Source: Phoronis australis (lineage: Eukaryota; Animalia; Phoronida). From it: a stretch of 64,000 nucleotides of DNA. Shown here one piece after another: positions 38,607 through 64,000 of this stretch (position 1 is the stretch's first letter; each line of letters opens with the position of its first letter). The notes below the pieces were generated by a model, which was given only the letters and a program-made list of their open reading frames with translations, did not search any database and was not told the origin of the DNA. The position numbers were made by a program, and so were the translations under genes. Where the stretch lies: assembly GCA_002633005.1 (NCBI GenBank), contig NMRA01000193.1:4641-68640 (forward strand), read 5' to 3'.

Positions 38607-38923
38607 CCTTCGAAATATCGAATAAGGCGATCAAATCAGATAACCAAGCTCAATTATTCTTGCCAGCTCACTGGCACTGCGTTTTTCCCTAACATGTGCA
38701 GGTGCCCTGGAACTCACTTCCGTCTGTGAGTAAAGTTCCGCAAAGAACTGGGTCAAAATAACTATTCAAAATTATGGAAAATATTTTCTAATTAAGTCCC
38801 ACAATAGTTATTATAAAAGTAAAAATTTCTAAATTTGACTTAAAACATGTATAAAACCTGGAAATATGCAAAATAAGCATAAATATTTAACTAGGTCATA
38901 TTCATGCGCTTTCTATTTACAAA
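38607..38923. promoter_or_regulatory. Putative bidirectional promoter for DHX37/VPS53
   Basis: Only 317 bp between divergent ATGs; ETS-type CACTTCCG at ~38716. Confidence 0.7.
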
Positions 38924-55204
<16,281 letters not shown>

Positions 55205-55554
55205 TGTTGCTGCCAGTGGCAGGCATGCTTATGATGTCTTAAGTTATGAAACAAATTTCAAGACCTTGAAAATTTTTAAGGTTGTAATCATTATTTTAAA
55301 TATCGTAATGGTTTCTTTTTAAAGGAGAATGCCACCCGATTTAATTAGTCTTTTTTGCCGTTTTAATCGGCCTATATCCACATCGCCTCGCATACGGTCG
55401 ACCTTACCTTGCCAAGAGGTGTCACGTTAACCTGTGAGGACGGTGAGAAACTACGCTAGCGACGTCAGTGGTTCATATGCAGAGTGAATGCCGCTATGCT
55501 GCGGTGCATCGTTCCTGCTTGTCCGAACTAAGCAGCTGCGAGGAAAGCGGGTAT

Positions 55555-55696
55555 ATTGAGTTGGGGGGGAGGGCAGGGCAGAGTATTACCAGGATTTTGC
55601 CCATCAGGCATTTACACCCCGAACTGCCAAATGGAATCTGGAAGAATTTTAGGGGGGGGCCATGGCCCCCTTGGCCCCCCTCTAAATCCGCCAGTG
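55555..55696 (-). mobile_element. Truncated family A MITE downstream of the VPS53 stop
   Basis: Reverse-complement match to 1850-2016; one terminus is missing. Confidence 0.7.
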
Positions 55697-58600
55697 ACAC
55701 CAGCGTGGGCAACAATAGACTTAATCATACAGCCATTTTAATGAACAATGCGTTACAACTTTTTTGTATCAAAAGAAGCAGACAATATTTCACAGTGTTG
55801 ACTTTTTGTCTTGGATTTTCCTGTTGCCTAATTTAATGAACTGCTGGAGGAATACTTGGATGATTAGCTGGACGTGGCCATGCTTGCAGTCGGAGAGCCT
55901 TACATAGGAAAAAATGGCGATCAAACAGTTTTATGGTTTTTATTTTCTCTAAAAAATTGATTTGGTTACAAGGAACGTCTTTGATAGGTCTCAGAAGGTT
56001 AGTTGTAACGAGGTTCAACTGTACTGCTGACTCTTGTCTGCTGACTTCATACATTTTCAGATGTTTTTATTAAGAATCTGTTGCTCAGTCAGTTTCTAGG
56101 CACTTTTTATTTAATATTTTATTGTTAGAATGTTTGACTGGAAATGAGAGTTATGGAAGATTTCAGGAGTATTGTTGGGATTATTGTGTGTCAGGAAACA
56201 GGTGGTCTTAACTTTTTTGCCAAATCAAAAATTTTTGGTACTTTTCCATATTGGATACCACAATTAAGTCGTAGAGTTTTTTCACGCATACATACTGGTA
56301 TACAAATCAAACCTGTAAAATCACCATCCTGAAAATCACAAAAATATTATGGAGGTACCCAGTCCAGTGTGGATGGGGATTCATTAGTAGAGATTTAAAT
56401 TGGTGGATGCCAAAGTAAATCCAACAAAATGGCCTCGAATTCTGTCATGATGACTGAGCGCAAGCGGAATTGCGTCGTAACGTCTGAGCATTTTTTTCAA
56501 CATTTTATTATATTCCACTTGCCCAAATAACACAAAGTATACATAGATGGTTTACAAAATGTTGATAACCTGAACATCTCTCACTGAGTGTTACCGGAAT
56601 TCCTCACCTGGAATGACTTGATACAGGCAGTCAGACTTTCCTCCAATTGACTTTGTCCCCGTTCACTTATAAGATGCAGAAAACCAGGAACCAACTTTAC
56701 TAACAGCATTAGAGAGACTCCCAGCAGTCTAAAAGGCAGTGGCATAGCGAGGAGTATCGCCTCTTGGGGTGTAAAATAGTGGTGTCGCACTCGTGCCAGT
56801 CGCTGGGGAAGTTGCGACAGTATTTGCACCTAGGCAAGTCAGTGAGAAGGTTACATAGTATTATGATGAGACCACAGAATTAGTCTGTCTCTCTTGTTTA
56901 TCTGAAATGTGTATCATGGTCATAATTGAAACTATAGTAACTACTGCTGAAATGATGTTGTTAGGGCTCTCCCTGTTAAGATCTCAGCATTTCGTCATGG
57001 CGTGTTCTATGGATATGTGCAATCAATGTGTAAATACATATTAAAAATATTTATTGGTTTCTTATTTTGATTTTTTTTACAAATACTACCCTGTCACTTC
57101 TTACCCCTTTAAATGCCACTGTTATTTTCTATTGATGGTTTAATTAATTGAAATATTTTTCTTGGCAGCCTCATTTATCTGTACACATATAAATCCTTGG
57201 AACTGAGAGGAATGCATTTTTCAGAAAAGAGAAGAAACGTTTTGTTCTGGGTTGTAGCTTTGGTCATGCCCTCAGCCAATGGCATTGCGGAGAGTTTCTG
57301 TTATGTCAATTTTTGTTACTTCGTTTTCAGTTCTGTGTTCCCTAAGGCTAGTTTCTTGCGAAGTTGCCATGATCACGCAAGTCTGCGAGATATCAACGGC
57401 ATTTTTTGGAGAACAGTACATAAAATACTATCTGAAAGTTTCATTTGAACCCAATCAACCATTTCAGAGATTTGTAACGAAGGTAGCCAAGTTTGTCCAT
57501 TCTTAGGGTACTGTAATATTATTAACAAATCGTTTCAGAATCTTATGATCGTATTTTACGCGAATTGGTTGTAAATCGGATTTGCTTACAAAGCACCTTA
57601 GTTCTTGTACCATTTAGCAACACAACGCGTGGATATTCAGTGTCCATTCGGCTGCTCAAAATACTTCGGATCGAGACCTGTGCAGTGACTATACAATATA
57701 TCGGGATTATTCTACGGCGCAATTGCTTCTTCGGGTGCATCTAACCTTCAACTTTTTGAAAAGGTTGTTGTCGAGAGAAAATTATCAACTCGGTTAGTTC
57801 TGGAAAGTACTTTCGGGGACTCATCAGACGACGTTCTGGTAATAAAATTGAAGTTTGGAATGTCCTGTTTCCTCGACAAACAATAGATTACACTGGCGTG
57901 CACTATCATACAAGGAGTCGCTGCTGGCCGAGAAGACTATCCCGTTTAGGCGACTTTTTAATTTTTTCAGCAATATCCCAGACGAACTGAAGGAGACTCA
58001 TTCAGTGAACTTTGATTAGATCACAGAATCGATTTCATTTTCTTGGAATTGCTTTGTATTAGAGGTTTTTCTTTAGCGATGGAATTCGTCGAATTGTTGC
58101 AACAGAAATACCAACAAAATGTATCTTGTGGGAGTCTTTTTCAGCATTCAACACAACACTATTTATTACCGAATGATTCCGTCATTTTCGACTATGAGAA
58201 ATTCTTGTTGGCTATCTCACAAGTGGTTGTTTGTGGTATGAAGAGTCGCACTTTGTTAAAGGGGAGTTTCCCCGCTGCTTTAGTGTCAATATTGAAATGT
58301 TATCCGGAGCGCTTTGGGGTTTGAAAACTTTACCACACTCGTCCGATCCTGAACTGTTGCCATTTGAGACGGTAACTCAAAGTCACACGCAATGCGTACA
58401 CTCGCCATTTTCAAATGCGCTATCAAGAGTTGGATATACCCAATGAGCTTTGAAGCATTTTTTGAGTGGCTAATGGTTTTGTTGTTCTTTCTGATAAGTA
58501 CGGAAATAAGAGGCCTAACACGGTTAGAAAATTTTTGAATAGAAGGCTCAATTCGATTTTCGTTTTTTTAGCCAACTCACCAGGCAAAATGAAGTTTTAA

Positions 58601-61600
58601 AATTACTAAAGTTTGCAGGTGACGGCTAATTCCATGTTTTCAGGCAGCATAAACAAATGCAGTATTGAATAATGTTGTAGTCCCCGGGGGGTGGGTGAGT
58701 CGTCAATGTGTTCAAGGTAATGTAGATAGTGGGACGTGATGTTGCGATTGCTGTCATATTTGGATCTCTTTTTACTCTTTTGATATTACTTTGTGGCATC
58801 CGTTGAAAATGGAATTGGAGGTCACTATCGGTATAGAATAATTCTCTGCACGATATGAATACTAACGTAATTTTAAAAAGTCACTCACAGGTGGACAGAC
58901 TATAATTTGGGTAAACTCTTACAGTAGATCAGTTTAACTGTGGGGCGCAATATTCTAACTCTATTTATAATCATGGGTCGCATTCTTATTATATGTAATT
59001 ATCGCTCTAAACTTGCTTGAAGCCCAGCTACACGCCCTGAGTAATTTTTTTTGCAGCTGCTTTATTGTTTCCTACTTTTTCTTACATTTTCTTGGTTTTT
59101 ATCTTTTTTTCTTAACTGCTTGTCATGTTTTTACTTACTTTTTATGAAAAGTTGTTGGGAGGTATGGGAATTTGGAATTCCAGCAAATTTGTCCCAATGC
59201 AATTTCTCCCTTGTAAACATGTGCCTGAAAAAATATCGGGGTCATTTTAATTTTCACATGGGAGTGCTATCTGGCGATATGATTTACAGTTTACATTAGC
59301 GGCGTATTTTCACTTTTTACAGACACAATCCTGTAAGTTTATCCAGTATAATTCTAAAGGTTGCTGGTCATGTGTCCTATTGCTTTCTGGAATACCACAA
59401 GCAATTATCAAACTTCTCATTTTTGACATTCCGGGCTGTTCTTTTAATTCGCTTGGATTTCTTGTACTTCTCGATCGATTTGAGGTTCAATGACCCTCGC
59501 CGTCAATTAACGAGTAAGGACGGAACGGCAGTGTTTGGATTACATCGTAATTTAATGTGATATTCCATGTACTGGCAATTTTGACACAATTAAAACTTAT
59601 CTGTAGTATATTTGGCCTCGACAAATCGTATTTGCGTTGTAACATTGTATCTGTGTCAAATACCATGGCCTTCTGACAAACATCCCACTTGTAAATTTTC
59701 ATGTTCGTCGATATTAGAGGATGGACAATGCCAGTGGTGTGGACATGAAAAAATGTTACTCCATCAGCGGAGATAAAGTACTGCAACCTTTAATGCATGG
59801 CTTTCAGTTTAACGATGTCTTCTCTAATCTTGAATTTTAGGTGAGAAACTGACCCTGATGAAATAGGAGGAATGGAGTTTTTGTTACTACTGGTCTGTGT
59901 CGTCGTGATCCGGCTAAAGGGAGTTTTCTTGACTATCAACGGTTTTGAACCTGGGCCGAATGTGTGGTATTTTTATAAGTCCCATGTACTGATGCACCAT
60001 TTAGGGAGTCGAATGCAAACTGAAATAAAACAACTGTAGTATCCTATCGCAAAAACTGTCGTTTAAACTTCGGTTTGTTCCCTTGAACAACCGTGCGAAA
60101 GGTTGGGTGTTAACTTCGCTTCTCAGGTCGATCTGTCAATAGTTCATTCCTTAGTAAATTTGTTTTATTCTATCATATAAGGTCCGCTTACTGATTTGAG
60201 GAGCAGACCATATGGGGAAATCATGTCAACAAATAAATAAGACGCTGAATGGGCTTTCAACAGCTTTAATTAACAGCATCTGACCTGTCCGTCTGCGTCG
60301 GCCTAATTATTTTTCCATTTTTCTATGCGTTGGTTGTTGTTTGTGTTGGTATTATGTTATAACGTAAATTGACTGGTTGTTTTAAACCTCCTTGGCTGTG
60401 ATGCATGCTTGCATTGAGGTCAAGCCAAAGTCGCTGATATTCAAACACTTGCCTGTGCAATCGAATTATTTGCGGCGCAAATAGCAATGAACTCTTTAGT
60501 TACGTCCAACGGTGTGATCAATAAGTTTAAATTATATTGTTTGGTGTAATCTTGTAGAATATGAAACATTCATCTCGCTACATTTGAAGTGTTCTGGTGC
60601 TGAAGACAAAAACAAAATGTTTTCATTAAAACAGTCTTGCGCTTTAGTGCACATGGCAGGTGAAGCTAACCATCATGATTGTCACTCAAGCATTTACTCG
60701 TATGACATCTGGCGGTCAATTCCACGCATTGTTTATCATTCTTTACAATCTCGGGTCAATATGCCATTATATACTTCCGGGGGTCACGCAGATAAAATAC
60801 AGTGATAAGACGCGGTCTGTTAACACACTCTAATCTTACCATTTACTGTACTGTGTCAGTGTGCGAAACAGATGAGCAGTGAACAGCGCTTCAAGTACGA
60901 TGTCCAGAAGAAAACAGTCGAATCCGAAACCCATTAAACGTAAGTATAACGAAACTTGTAAACTTGACCATTGAAGCGCTGCAACTGATCGAAGCATCAA
61001 TGATCAACAGTGATGGGTACACGTCTCTTGGACGCAATCGTATATTTATAGACGGTAGATATTTATGACGGATGCCAGCTTTTTATCGCATGTTTACCAA
61101 TCATTCTACGTATTGGACTTGTCACACATAGCACGTATTCCTTAAGTAAAGTTAAAACTGGTAAAGCCTACTGATTCTAACTAGGCCTACTAGTTGACAA
61201 TCCGATTTCCAGTAGCATCGTCTATTGGCAAGCGTCTCGTTTTAAGATGTGCATTCAATAAGTCTACCTAAACAATAGAAGTTATTGAAGTATTTGAGCC
61301 CGAGGCCTTATTAGAAGCATCTTGCCAATGTGTTTATTGCAAACTGGAAGGTTAATCGTCTGATTTCCACTATATTGCATTTTATTGTAGTTACTCGGCT
61401 ACACATTGGACTTAGGGCATAGAGGTGTGGTTATTTTTTGGAATTTCGCTCTGCACTCCACGTACACGCGCTATTTATTACAAATCCAGAACGTCACATT
61501 GGTCATAAATAGCTCGATACGATTTTGTGTTCTAAGTTACGACACACTTGTGTGTTCTAAGTTACAACACCCTATTTCCAATAGACAAGTGACTATTTTC

Positions 61601-62804
61601 GGTGTTTTCGTTTTTTAAATGTTACAACTCTACGTGATTTTTTTAAACACAGCATGAACCCCAAGCCTATAAGCCTACCCTAAAATAACTTAGAAATGGT
61701 TTAAGGTGGTAAAAAATAGGACTACGGTCTCGTATTTAAAATGTGTTAATTGTGTGCGGTGTCACGAATATGTAAAATTTGACCTTCGCGACGAAATAGT
61801 CACCGAGCGTGACCGCGTCATCAGTCATTTTCAGTGTGGCTTTGACACAGTGTTTTTATACTTTCATAGAACGATAGACAAGCATCACGTTTATTCGAGG
61901 AACCGTGCTTTACGACAGTGACTTGCAGAATTGTTATTTATCTATCGTCGTCGAACGTAGACGATTCATTCTCATTTCATACCTGGGCGACTGACGTTTA
62001 AGTATTTTCCTACTCCGTGTGTTCGATCTTCGATTTCGATGATTTTAACTTTGGCGTACAAGAAACACGCAATTGACGCTACCTCCGATCGCAGTTGTAA
62101 TTCGACAGAACTAACAGTTGTGCTAATTTGCATGGAAGTTGAAGCATTTTGATCAGCGTATCCGCAGGTAAGAATTGGCGAAAGTTTATCTAGAATTTTA
62201 AGAACAGATGTTCCAGACCGGTGCTTAAAAGCATCCCCGTACTATTTGACCGAAATAATTCATTTCTTATTAACCAATTCCATCTAAATTTTATTACTCC
62301 AAATTTGCAAGTCTACTCCAATGTGAGTCTTTCTGAAGAATACTAATGGTGAGACCTTCGTTGTCTTTTTAAACCGGTTCTTGTCTTGCTGGTGAAAACT
62401 GGAACTTATCATGACATTTGGTGAGTTGATGTTTCTTCTGAGACGAACTCCTGGAACTATCTTGATTTGATAAGGCTAAGGTTGGAACTGATGGATTTCT
62501 GTTCGACACACTTGAGTTTTCGCGAGTCTTGTATTTTTCACTTGGGTTATCTATGGCCTGCAGACGCGATATAGTGATTTAATTGGTGAGCATCTTCACA
62601 AACCGAGATTAAGCATTGCCAAATCTTAATTGCTTCGAATGAGTGAACACGATCTGATATTTGGATTTAATGCAAAGACCGCCAGTGCCTCCTATTTCTA
62701 AATAAAAAGGTTTTGTGGCAACAAGTCTGGAATACAAGTCACGTTGTGCCCGCACTTGGCAAACCCTGCTCAAATTTCATGGAGTATCTTCTCGCAGCGA
62801 TTGC

Positions 62805-62975
62805 GTCTCTCCATCCCTCCTTTCCATTCCTCCTTGCTTGCCTGCCTACCTGCCGACCACCCCCTCNNNNNNNNNNNNNNNNNNNNNNNNNNNNNNNNNN
62901 NNNNNNNNNNNNNNNNNNNNNNNNNNNNCCCCCCCCCCTCCCTCACTCCATATCTACCTCCCCTCCTTCCTTCTA
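62805..62975 (+). repeat. C/T-rich low-complexity tract containing an N gap (62867-62928)
   Basis: Polypyrimidine ccct/cctt runs on either side of the Ns. Confidence 0.8.
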
Positions 62976-64000
62976 TTATGTACATACTCCTTCAAGTTGG
63001 TAATTTTCCAATGAAAATATTTATCAGTGTACATATTTAACATTAGTCGACGATACTATGCCTGTTTTCCGTCAGATGGCGCCGTGATGTGAAAGATCTC
63101 CATCAAATCGAGCATTATACCTACATACCCACTTTATGTTTCACCGAAGCAAGTTTAATATGATACCTTTCTCCAACGATACGGTTTGATTAATTGTCTG
63201 AACTAATCTACCCACGGAATCAACTTGCATATCACTGAAATAAAGCGATAACATCGCATGTTTCATTTGGACGATAACTGTAGATAATTATCAATAGATA
63301 TGAACACGAAACGGGGTCAAAACTGGGATTTATCTATAAAGATAGGATTTGCATCCTAAAATTTGTCCAAAACTTTAGTATCAAAACTCCTGTCTGTTTA
63401 GTGGGCCAACCGTGCGAGTGTGTCAAGTCTTATACTGTATATCATGAACGCGCGCATTCTCACGATCAGGTGTAGCTGCGCCTACATCTACACGCTTATG
63501 CTTTGCGAGGCACTTTAGTAAAACCAAAATTGATATTTCGAGTAAATCTGATGTTGACTTGTTTTCATTTTAAGATTAAGTAATTGAAAATTACTTAGAA
63601 TTGTTTAATTTACAACACCCAGTTTGACAGTTGACTATACAAGGGACACTTGATAGGGAACGCCTGCTCCCGTAAGTGAAGCGTAGGCGCATTCGCCTGT
63701 GGGCGAAGTCGTGTAGAATGGTGAACATGTGTCAATTTTTACAAAAACAACTGGAATTTATCCTATCTCTTATTACGCCTCACTATCCCCGGAAAGAGTC
63801 AACACTAGTTACACCGGCCCGATCCTGGCATGTATCGATTTTGGCCATTTGTCCAGTCGTATCACGTGACTTCCTGGGCACCATGACGCGTTCTTCTCGT
63901 GCCCAGGTCCACAGCCGAGAACATAGTCCAAAACTGCTCGTAAATCTACTGAGATTGATTATCGCGGATAAGATAACGGGCATAATCTTATCAGCGACCA

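Overview
Intron-rich animal (invertebrate, probably lophotrochozoan/mollusc-like; inference only) genomic scaffold with two N gaps. Four complete housekeeping genes can be spliced by eye, with GT-AG sites and consistent phase. They form two head-to-head pairs that meet tail-to-tail: DNAJC24 (-, single coding exon) / TMX2 (+, 8 exons), and DHX37 (-, 26 exons) / VPS53 (+, 18 exons). The introns carry many non-autonomous repeats: hAT-like MITEs with 5-bp and 8-bp TSDs, a TTAA Kolobok-like MITE, Harbinger-like MITEs, tRNA-derived SINEs and minisatellites. There are also Helentron-associated (HINE-like) elements whose internal repeats carry a phased array of CTCF-consensus motifs, a composite element with a pol III promoter and a 164-bp hairpin, and several tandem duplications spanning splice donors. 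The last ~7 kb has no gene I can recognise. No autonomous transposase, CRISPR array, rRNA or bona fide tRNA was seen.
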